Source of the DNA: an uncultured virus (IMG/VR IMGVR_UViG_3300045391_004154)
Taxonomy: Duplodnaviria > Heunggongvirae > Uroviricota > Caudoviricetes
Reading direction: 5' to 3' (one strand)
Length of the DNA: 64,000 bases
IMG/VR virus record: IMGVR_UViG_3300045391_004154
Positions 56,820 through 64,000 of the stretch are shown here, in pieces. A program made the position numbers and the translations under genes. The notes beneath the pieces are model-generated. The model saw only the letters and a list, made by a program, of their open reading frames with translations. It ran no database searches and was not told the DNA's origin. The stretch's first letter is position 1, and each line of letters begins with the position of its first letter.

Positions 56820-57142
56820 TATGACTCCGGGCTCAGGATGGCCGCAATCACCTTCTCGGCAATTTCAGCGGGGGTGAGGGTGGTATAATCGATGTTATCC
56901 AGTACGGCGGTGATGCGGCCGATGGCGCTGTGTACGCCGGTCATCTGGGCGGCGTGCATGTTCATCTCGGCAACCAGCCGCCCCGCATTCTCCGGGGTGA
57001 ACAGGAAGTCCAGGAAGCCGTGGATGGGATGACCGAGCCGCAGCAGTGGCGCCTGGGTTTCCCCAAAGGGCACCGTGCTCACCAGGAAGTGCGGGTTGAG
57101 CGCGATCATGGCCACTTCGCCGTTTTCCATCTGCACGATCAT
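56819..57142 (-). CDS. Hypothetical protein
   Basis: AAGGA RBS; coupled to the next gene. Confidence 0.5.
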   Translation of the reverse strand: MIVQMENGEVAMIALNPHFLVSTVPFGETQAPLLRLGHPIHGFLDFLFTPENAGRLVAEMNMHAAQMTGVHSAIGRITAVLDNIDYTTLTPAEIAEKVIAAILSPES

Positions 57143-57574
57143 ATGGGCGTTCCTTCCGGGTCCTGGAGCTCAAAGGGCTTGAAGTAGACGCCACCGATCA
57201 GCAGAATGGAGCGGTATTGCTGGGTGGCGCGCAGGAGCAGGCCCGGATCAACCCACACCACCGCGCCGGGTGGCACCCCGCGAGCCCGCTGGCGCAGATA
57301 GACCTGGGCCTTGTTGTTGGGATCGGGGTTCACTTGCGACACTCCGATGGAATATTCACGGGGTCCTGCAGGATGGTATTGGGAGAGCGCGCCTCCACCA
57401 GGCGGCCGTGCCAATAGCCATTGAGATAGCAGGCCTGGCTCGCGGCGCGATAGGCAGCGTTGAGCTTCTCCCGGCTATCGCTTCGCAGCGTGGGGGAAGC
57501 CTCGGTAAAGGCTATCACGACCATGATAATCGCGGCGTTGCTTATAAAAACGCTGGTGATAATTATAGCCGCTC

Positions 57575-59203
57575 TCATATCCACTTCCCCGAATGCTCGT
57601 TCAAGATCAGGTCGCTCAGCTTGCGGCGCGCCCGGTGCGAGCGCACGATGTCCTCGTCCTTGGTCTCCGCGGCGATGAGGTCGATGATGCCGGTGGCGAT
57701 TGTCCTCAATCCCGTTTGCGCTCTGACTTCGGATTGAAGCCTCTGGTTCAATCCGAATTCAGAGGAGTAGTACATCATCCACTCGGCCGCTGATACATTC
57801 ACAGCTCTGCCGGCAGAACGAGTCTTCGCCACGAATGTATCAGCGTCCCCGGCCTGGAACGCGGCCTTGTTGCGGTGCTTGGTCTCGTCGTCCACCTGGC
57901 CGTCGTAGCGGACGGGCCGGCGGCCTAGTTGGCGACTGAGTTCAAGAACGTCGTCGATATCCTGGTTGAAGCGGCACCAGATGATTGCCGGTTGGGGAGC
58001 GGCCTTGAACTCGGCGGCAAGGCCAAGAAGCTTTGGGTTTCGATCCACCGGAACAATGCGCTGAAGGGGGATTTGGGTTTCAATAACTCCAAGACCGTCA
58101 CAAGCGGCGCAGCCGTCGCCCTCGCCGGAGCATAGCTCGCACACCTCGGCAGCCTTCGCGTTGGGCCAAAATCCGCTGGTAAGCTGCTGAAGGCGCAGGT
58201 AGCGAGTGAGAACGTTGGCGACCGTAACCTTGCCGAGGTGCTGGAGCTCCAGCTCGTACTCGGTGGACAGCTTCTCGTATGCGGCTCGCTGCTCATCGGT
58301 CAACTCCACGTAGCGCTTCTGATAGATGGGATCGGGGACATTGGCAAAGACCTCCTTGAAGCGCACTCTATAAGTGTGCGGCGCAATGAGGCGCTGCAGC
58401 TTGTCGAGGTTGCGATAGATGGGCTGGCCCTGGTCGTCCTTCTTGATCTGTTTAAACGCCTTGGCATTCTTGCCGTACTGCATCACCTGCTGCTCGGAAT
58501 ATTCGGCGCGGAAGGCGGTGGCGTTGGAGCCGAGAATGTGCTCGCTGAGGAAGCGATACTGGGCGAACAGGTCAAAGGGACCTTCACCCGTGGGCGTGCC
58601 GTCCAGCACGCGCCGCATCTCCGCCTTCTTGCTCATCCAGTGCAGCGACTTGGTGCGCGCCGCGTCGGGAGACTTCATGAGCAGCGTGCCCTCGTCGCCG
58701 ACCAGCAGGGTCTTGCGCTTCACCAGGAAGTGGTTGAGCATGTAATCGCAGAAGGCGGGCGTGTTGGTGCTTTCGCCGTTGATGCAGATGATGGCCAGGC
58801 CCTCGTAGGTGAGCAGGTCCTTGAGGAGCTCGGTATGGGTGAGGTTCTTGACCTTGAAGCGGCCGGGACGGTTCGGATCGCGCTTCTTGGTCTTGCCCGA
58901 TTTGGTCGGGTCCCACAGCAGGGTGCGCCGCTCGATGAAGGCCGGCAGCATGAGGGCGTTGATCTCGTCCAGCCAGTTGCGCGGCGCGCCGCTCGGCATG
59001 GCCGCGATCACCAGGCCATTGATGCGGCGGTTGAGGAAGTTGAGGCCCGCGGTATCCAGCACCACCTGGGTCTTGCCGGTGCGCTGCTCCATGGAGAGGT
59101 AGAAGCCCGTGCGATCGTGCGATCGGGCGAAGCCCTCCACCTGGTGGTCCCAGCGGGTGCGATCGGGCAATGGCGCTGACGCCAGATATTCGTCCACGTT
59201 CAC
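57575..59203 (-). CDS. SNF2-family SF2 helicase
   Basis: MEQRTGKT, GDEG, LDGTP, DLFAQY.FL, LRLQQ, IIWCRF, QSE.R. Confidence 0.85.
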   Translation of the reverse strand: MNVDEYLASAPLPDRTRWDHQVEGFARSHDRTGFYLSMEQRTGKTQVVLDTAGLNFLNRRINGLVIAAMPSGAPRNWLDEINALMLPAFIERRTLLWDPTKSGKTKKRDPNRPGRFKVKNLTHTELLKDLLTYEGLAIICINGESTNTPAFCDYMLNHFLVKRKTLLVGDEGTLLMKSPDAARTKSLHWMSKKAEMRRVLDGTPTGEGPFDLFAQYRFLSEHILGSNATAFRAEYSEQQVMQYGKNAKAFKQIKKDDQGQPIYRNLDKLQRLIAPHTYRVRFKEVFANVPDPIYQKRYVELTDEQRAAYEKLSTEYELELQHLGKVTVANVLTRYLRLQQLTSGFWPNAKAAEVCELCSGEGDGCAACDGLGVIETQIPLQRIVPVDRNPKLLGLAAEFKAAPQPAIIWCRFNQDIDDVLELSRQLGRRPVRYDGQVDDETKHRNKAAFQAGDADTFVAKTRSAGRAVNVSAAEWMMYYSSEFGLNQRLQSEVRAQTGLRTIATGIIDLIAAETKDEDIVRSHRARRKLSDLILNEHSGKWI

Positions 59204-59380
59204 CGAATAGTCTCCAAGGCTCTGTGTAATCGGTTCAAGTAATAGTCACGCGGGCGAGAAGCGCGGGTCGCGCTACTCGTTTAGATCATTGGTTCACGGT
59301 GATAGGCCCCGGCTCCTCGCCCAGAGGCAGGACGCTAAGAGAAGGAGTAAAATGGTGTCCATAGGTGAGCGAAAATTATT

Positions 59381-59893
59381 TTAGACGTCGTAGGCGTCGG
59401 TGGAGGTGAGCTGGTAGGCAATCCTACCCTCCGGGGTAAAGGCCTTCTTTACGAGGCCCTCCTCCTTGAGCTTCCACAGCGCAACAAGGGCCTTGGTGCG
59501 GGCGTGCTTCTGGTTGAATTTGGTGTCGGGCATATCCTTCATGAAGAGGGCGGCGACATTGTCCACGGAGATGGGCCGATCAACGTGCAGCGTACGGATT
59601 ATCTCCATCTTGCTGACGCGCACCCATGTGTGCCGCTGATTCTTTAGGATGCCACCTTCCTCCACTGGTCGCTCGTTCAGGGCGATGCCCAATCGGCGCA
59701 GGGCCACCTGGGCGCGGCGCAAATCCTCGCGCTGCTCGGGTCGCCATTCTGTGATAAATTGCCGCACCGGAGAAAAGAACAACTCGCTGTCGGGCCAGGT
59801 CGGGCCGAGGGCCTCGTCCTCGTCGGAGCGAAGGACCGAGGTGGAGAAGGCATCTAGGTTGTTGTAGGTGCGTCCGGAGCCTGGACCGCCCAT
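59381..59893 (-). CDS. Hypothetical protein with C-terminal winged helix
   Basis: MGGPGSGR start; AL.KL.EEGLV.K....GR..YQLT. Confidence 0.55.
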   Translation of the reverse strand: MGGPGSGRTYNNLDAFSTSVLRSDEDEALGPTWPDSELFFSPVRQFITEWRPEQREDLRRAQVALRRLGIALNERPVEEGGILKNQRHTWVRVSKMEIIRTLHVDRPISVDNVAALFMKDMPDTKFNQKHARTKALVALWKLKEEGLVKKAFTPEGRIAYQLTSTDAYDV

Positions 59894-59997
59894 ATTGTGT
59901 TTCCTTTCAGGGAGTTAGAGAGAAAAACAGGGGGTTTTGCCTGGAATTTGGTTCAGCGTCTCCTCCTGGTCTAATAAGTATCGGTGGGGATTTTAAG

Positions 59998-60026
59998 TTG
60001 ACCTCTATACTAAGAAATACTAACTT
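59998..60026 (+). promoter_or_regulatory. Sigma70-like rightward promoter in the AT-rich divergence region
   Basis: TTGACC-17 nt-TAACTT upstream of the NusG-like gene. Confidence 0.5.
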
Positions 60027-60174
60027 GTATTTTTTAGGTTTGTCTTCAGTTTAAAATCTCCGTGCGCGTATACGCGGGCGCGCGGGAGGACGCGGTGGCC
60101 TGGGGAGAAGATCAGCAGAGACGAAGTTTTAAGGATTTGTGGAGAAGGATGCGGGGACATCTGGGAGGCGATGC

Positions 60175-60681
60175 ATGAAGCGATGGTACGTGGCGAGAAC
60201 CCAACCGGGTCTCGGGATCATCGCGGAGCGTGAGCTGCAAAAGAGCTACGGCGATAGGCCGGCATTTCAAACGCTGCTGATAATGGATGGAAAGGGGCGA
60301 TCGGTATTCGGGCCATATATCTTCATTGAGATTGATCTTGACGAGGATTATTGGGAGCCAATCAATTCAGTGCGAGGAGTGAGCCGGCTTCTGCCCATCG
60401 GCACTGCCACCCCCCTGCCACTTCCAGAAACGTTCATGCGGGAATTGCGAAAGCGGCTGGGTAGCGGGGATTTTGATGAGCGGGCCGCGGCGGAATTGGT
60501 CTATGCCTACTCGCCGCAGGAGCCGGCGCTGGTGACTTCGGGACCGTGGGAGGGTCATGTTGGCAATTTTGTTCGACGAAAGAAAGGATTTATAAACCTT
60601 TCTCTGGTACTGTTCAACCGTCCATTCGAAATTCCAGTTCCGGCCCACCAGGTCCGACCCGCGTCGCCCAAAGCAGCTTGA
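60175..60681 (+). CDS. NusG/RfaH-family transcription antiterminator
   Basis: GGAGG RBS; WYVART.PG, F..YIFI, W..INS.RGV.RL, KOW motif VTSGPWEG. Confidence 0.8.
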   Translation: MKRWYVARTQPGLGIIAERELQKSYGDRPAFQTLLIMDGKGRSVFGPYIFIEIDLDEDYWEPINSVRGVSRLLPIGTATPLPLPETFMRELRKRLGSGDFDERAAAELVYAYSPQEPALVTSGPWEGHVGNFVRRKKGFINLSLVLFNRPFEIPVPAHQVRPASPKAA

Positions 60682-60734
60682 GGCTGAGTGCGGCAGCTAT
60701 GACCTCTTGATTTAAACCAAGAACAATTCAAACG

Positions 60735-61223
60735 ATGGCCGGCAAAGCAGTAGCAAAAACAAATGGTCACGGCGGCGCCCGCCCGAATGCGGGCCGAAAG
60801 CCGGGTGGCCTGGGTGAGAAGGCTCGGGCCTATGCGGCGGAAGCGGCTGAGGAGGGCGTTCGCCCCATCGATGTGATGCTCGGCAATATGCGCTATTACC
60901 ATGAGCGTGCCGTTGACTTCGACAAGAAGTTGGAAGCTATCGCCGAGACCATGACGGCGGAGCAGATCGTCAAGGGCGGTGAAGAGGTCATGAACGTTTT
61001 GAAGCTCGTCGCCAAGATCGGCGAGTTTCGCATGAAGGCGCAACAGTGCGCCGTGGATGCGGCACCCTATGTTCATCCGCGCTTGACCGCGATCGCGGTG
61101 AAGGTGGACAATGGCGATTCCCAGAAGCCGCTGTTGACCTTGACCGAGCAGAAGACGGCGCAGCAGGCGGCGGACGCCTACGCGAGCATGCTAGCCGGCA
61201 CCTATCGTGAAACTGCAGTATAA
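60735..61223 (+). CDS. terS: Terminase small subunit
   Basis: GGARPNAGRK, P.DVML..MR, A.DAAPYVHPRL; directly upstream of TerL. Confidence 0.75.
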   Translation: MAGKAVAKTNGHGGARPNAGRKPGGLGEKARAYAAEAAEEGVRPIDVMLGNMRYYHERAVDFDKKLEAIAETMTAEQIVKGGEEVMNVLKLVAKIGEFRMKAQQCAVDAAPYVHPRLTAIAVKVDNGDSQKPLLTLTEQKTAQQAADAYASMLAGTYRETAV

Positions 61224-62961
61224 GCCGCCCGTAGTTCTGGGCAAGAGCAGTTGGCCGCCCGATTACATGGCGGTGCACAAATGGCGCCAGCAACAGCTGA
61301 TGATCTTTCGAAAAGATCAGAAGATGCTTGAGGCAGCGTTGGCCTACTATGCGATGCCCGAGCACGCAGCCGAGTTCATCTGCCACTGGGTTGACACCTA
61401 CGACCCGCGCAATGCCGGCTCCAACCTGCCGACGCGCCTGCCACTGATTCTGTTTGAGAAGCAGGCCGAGCTCGTCGATTTTCTCAATAGTCTGGTCAAG
61501 AACCAGCAGAATGGGCTCATCGACAAGAGCCGCGACATGGGTGCAACCTGGCTCTGCTGTGCCTACAGCGTGTGGGCCTGGTTGTTCATTCCCGGCGTTT
61601 CGATCGGCTGGGGCTCGCGCAAGCAGGAGCTGGTCGACAAGCTCGGCGACATGGACAGCATCTTTGAGAAGCTGCGCCAACTCATTCGCGGCTTGCCGCG
61701 CGAGTTCTTGCCGCATGGCTTTGCCTACGCGCGCCATCTGAGCTTTGAGCGGATATTGAATCCCGAGACCAACGCCAGCATCACAGGCGAGGTCGGCGAT
61801 AACATCGGTCGTGGCGGCCGCAAATCGTTTTACTTCAAGGATGAGAGCGCCCACTATGAGCACCCCGAGCTCATCGAGGCGGCACTGGGCGACAACACCC
61901 GCGTCCAGGTAGACATCTCAACGCCGAATGGCATTGGCACCGTCTACGATCGCAAGAAGGAAAGCGCGATCGAGTGGAAGCCGGGTGACAAGATGAAGCC
62001 CGGTTTCACGCAGATGCTCGTGATGGACTGGTCACATCATCCGGCCAAGACGCAGGCCTGGTATGATGAGCGGCAGGCCAAGATGAAGCGCGAAGGCCTC
62101 ATCCACATCTTTCGCCAGGAAGTGGACCGCAACCCGGCGGCCTCGCTCGTCGGCGTCATCATCCCGCCCGAGTGGGTCAACGCCGCGGTGGACGCCCATG
62201 TAAAGCTGGGCTTCGGCGCGACTGGCAACCTGGTGGGAGCACTGGACGTGGCCGATGAGGGTGGTGATCTGAACGCACTGACTCTGCGCAAGGGCGTGAT
62301 ATTGCAGATGGCGGAGGACTTCGCCGGTGATGAGGAGGGCGTGGGCAAGAGCGCGCGCTATGCCATCGGCGAGCTGCACCAGCGTGGCTGCTTCAACCTG
62401 CAATATGATTGCTGCGGCATTGGCGCCGGCGTGAAGACCGAGGCCGCCAGGCTGCGCAAGGAGAAGAAGCTGCCGCATGGTTTCCAGGTCATCGCCTGGG
62501 ATGCGGGCCAGAGCGTGCTGCGGCCCAAGGAGCGCGTGGTGCCGGGTGACAAGACCTCACCACTGAATGAGGACTTCTACAAGAATTTGAAGGCGCAGGG
62601 CTGGTGGGAGTTGCGCCGGCGGTTCGAGAAGACCTTCCAGATGGTCACCGAGCCGTATATCTACCAGTACAAATTCAACGAGCTCATTTCACTGCCGAGC
62701 ACGTTGCCGCGGCTGCCGCAGCTCAAGCGTGAGCTCTCGCAGCCCACGATCAAATATGATGGCGCCATGAGAATCATGGTGGACAAGAAACCAGACGGCG
62801 CGAAGTCGCCCAACCTTGGAGATAGCGTAATGATGGATTACTTCCCGCTCCAGGGCGCGATGGTCGTCACCGACCAGCACCTGCGCAGCATGGGCCAGCC
62901 GACTCCGATGAAGATCAGAGGCGGCCAGTCCCAGCAAGATCAGGTATCGCAGTTCCGGTGA
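61207..62961 (+). CDS. terL: Terminase large subunit
   Basis: KSRDMGATW, GRGGR, FKDESA, ISTPNG, LDVADEG.D, SPNL.DS. Confidence 0.9.
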   Translation: MKLQYKPPVVLGKSSWPPDYMAVHKWRQQQLMIFRKDQKMLEAALAYYAMPEHAAEFICHWVDTYDPRNAGSNLPTRLPLILFEKQAELVDFLNSLVKNQQNGLIDKSRDMGATWLCCAYSVWAWLFIPGVSIGWGSRKQELVDKLGDMDSIFEKLRQLIRGLPREFLPHGFAYARHLSFERILNPETNASITGEVGDNIGRGGRKSFYFKDESAHYEHPELIEAALGDNTRVQVDISTPNGIGTVYDRKKESAIEWKPGDKMKPGFTQMLVMDWSHHPAKTQAWYDERQAKMKREGLIHIFRQEVDRNPAASLVGVIIPPEWVNAAVDAHVKLGFGATGNLVGALDVADEGGDLNALTLRKGVILQMAEDFAGDEEGVGKSARYAIGELHQRGCFNLQYDCCGIGAGVKTEAARLRKEKKLPHGFQVIAWDAGQSVLRPKERVVPGDKTSPLNEDFYKNLKAQGWWELRRRFEKTFQMVTEPYIYQYKFNELISLPSTLPRLPQLKRELSQPTIKYDGAMRIMVDKKPDGAKSPNLGDSVMMDYFPLQGAMVVTDQHLRSMGQPTPMKIRGGQSQQDQVSQFR

Positions 62962-64000
62962 AGCCCCACAAGCCCGGCGAATATACCCGGCGCAAGCGCC
63001 GGCAACCCGCGCCCGCGAAGAAGCGGCCGGCGATCGCCAAGCATCCAGTGAAGGCCAAGGCCAAGCCGGGACCGCGCCTGCGCGAGACCGGCCTGGGAGC
63101 CGACCAGCTTTCGCAGTTCACCGGCATTCAGCGCGAGCTGAAGAAGCAGGGCCGCAAGGAGCTGAAGGGCAAGCGCCTATTCCGCATCACCGATCAGATG
63201 CTGATGAACGCCAAGGGCAGCACGGCCGGCAGCGTGGAGCTGGCGCGGCGCATCTTTGCGGCCGCGAAGCCATTGCCGACGGTGATCCCAAAGGACAACA
63301 CCAAGGCCCTGCTGGCCATGGACGAGAACATTTCGCTGTTCACCGCCTGGGCCGCGCAGAGCATCTACAACGGTGCGTTCCAGCAGGGCGTGACCTTCCT
63401 GGGCTATCCATATCTCGCCGAGCTCGCGCAGCGCGGCGAGTATCGGCGTGTGAGCGAAGTTATCGCCACCGAGATGACGCGCAAGTGGATCGAGGTCAAG
63501 GCCCACAGCGCGCAGAAGCTCCAGGTAACGCTGGCCGAGACGGAGGGCCAGGACACCGAGGAGGAGGACCTCAACGCCGGCGGGCCCGAGGAGGCGGACG
63601 AGCTCGAGGGCAATGATCCCAGCTTCCAGTACGATGACGAGACGGCCAACGACAAGGCGCCAGTGGCCTGGGCCGACACCGAGCAGCAGGCCGAGCAGAT
63701 GGCCGCGAGCCTGCAGGCTGAGCCGGCGCAGCAGCAGAACGGCGAGGCGCCCACCGATCCCAACGCCAACATCGAGGCGGACGGCGAGGCGGACATTGAC
63801 GTGGACGGCGCGGTGGCGGAGAGCCAGCCATCAGCACCGGACAAGACGGCCAAGATCAAGGAGCTGAACGAGGAGCTGGAACGTTTAAACGTCCAGGCCA
63901 TCTTCAAGAGCATCGCCGAGCAGGATGGCTTCTTTGGCCGCGCCCATCTCTACATCGACACGGGCCACACCGACAACCTGCCCGAGCTCAAGATGCCCAT
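62958..64000 (+). CDS. Portal protein (DUF1073-type), 3' truncated
   Basis: GTG overlapping the TerL stop, open to the window end; FLGYPYLAELAQR.EYR, EMTRKWI, DGFFGR. Confidence 0.8.
   Translation, partial: MKPHKPGEYTRRKRRQPAPAKKRPAIAKHPVKAKAKPGPRLRETGLGADQLSQFTGIQRELKKQGRKELKGKRLFRITDQMLMNAKGSTAGSVELARRIFAAAKPLPTVIPKDNTKALLAMDENISLFTAWAAQSIYNGAFQQGVTFLGYPYLAELAQRGEYRRVSEVIATEMTRKWIEVKAHSAQKLQVTLAETEGQDTEEEDLNAGGPEEADELEGNDPSFQYDDETANDKAPVAWADTEQQAEQMAASLQAEPAQQQNGEAPTDPNANIEADGEADIDVDGAVAESQPSAPDKTAKIKELNEELERLNVQAIFKSIAEQDGFFGRAHLYIDTGHTDNLPELKMP

Noticed and set aside
58032..58084. Direct repeat TTTGGGTTTC(G/A)AT within the SNF2 gene
   Set aside because: Only two short copies; could be chance, and no other support.
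27445..59179. Long plus-strand ORFs (27445-28989, 34877-36610, 43515-44903, 52853-54160, 58238-59179)
   Set aside because: Shadow frames of the helicase, polymerase, MTase and primase genes on the minus strand.
62958..64000. Calling the portal an anti-CBASS (Acb1) protein, a label often attached to this family
   Set aside because: Position after TerL and the motifs indicate portal; no 2H phosphoesterase HxT motifs recognised in the visible part.
1..64000. tRNA genes, integrase/att sites, introns/inteins, diversity-generating retroelement
   Set aside because: No cloverleaf, tyrosine/serine recombinase, reverse transcriptase or intein motifs recognised; PolA, TerL and helicases are uninterrupted. 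A computational scan could still find something missed by eye.

Overview
Near-complete, circularly permuted genome of a GC-rich (roughly 60% by eye) contractile-tailed dsDNA phage. The window starts inside the major capsid gene and ends inside the portal gene. A rightward late arm (60.2-64 kb, then 0-24.8 kb) holds a NusG/RfaH-like factor, TerS, TerL, portal, capsid, sheath/tube, a frameshifted tail chaperone, a tape measure with lysozyme domain, baseplate, fibres and lysis genes; it resembles the Bcep781-type morphogenesis module. A leftward early/replication arm (24.9-59.9 kb) holds an SNF2 helicase, SSB-like protein, AEP primase, two UvrD helicases, a family A DNA polymerase and a large nucleotide/DNA-modification cluster. 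CtrA-like winged-helix genes suggest an alphaproteobacterial host. No integrase, tRNA or CRISPR was seen. Most notable: (1) a C5-cytosine methyltransferase-fold enzyme with Arg in place of the motif X Asn (a carboxymethyltransferase-like signature), next to a dCMP-type thymidylate synthase homolog, a dNMP kinase-UDG fusion, dCMP deaminase and a separate ThyX; (2) a ~50-aa domain shared by that enzyme and two neighbouring early proteins; (3) at least 11 copies of the AT-rich palindrome GTTTAAAC, mostly written into genes with rare codons; (4) Cys-rich fibre/depolymerase-like proteins with Sec- and Tat-type signal peptides; (5) several strand-specific structured RNAs and intragenic hairpins. All family calls come from motif recognition by eye, not database searches.
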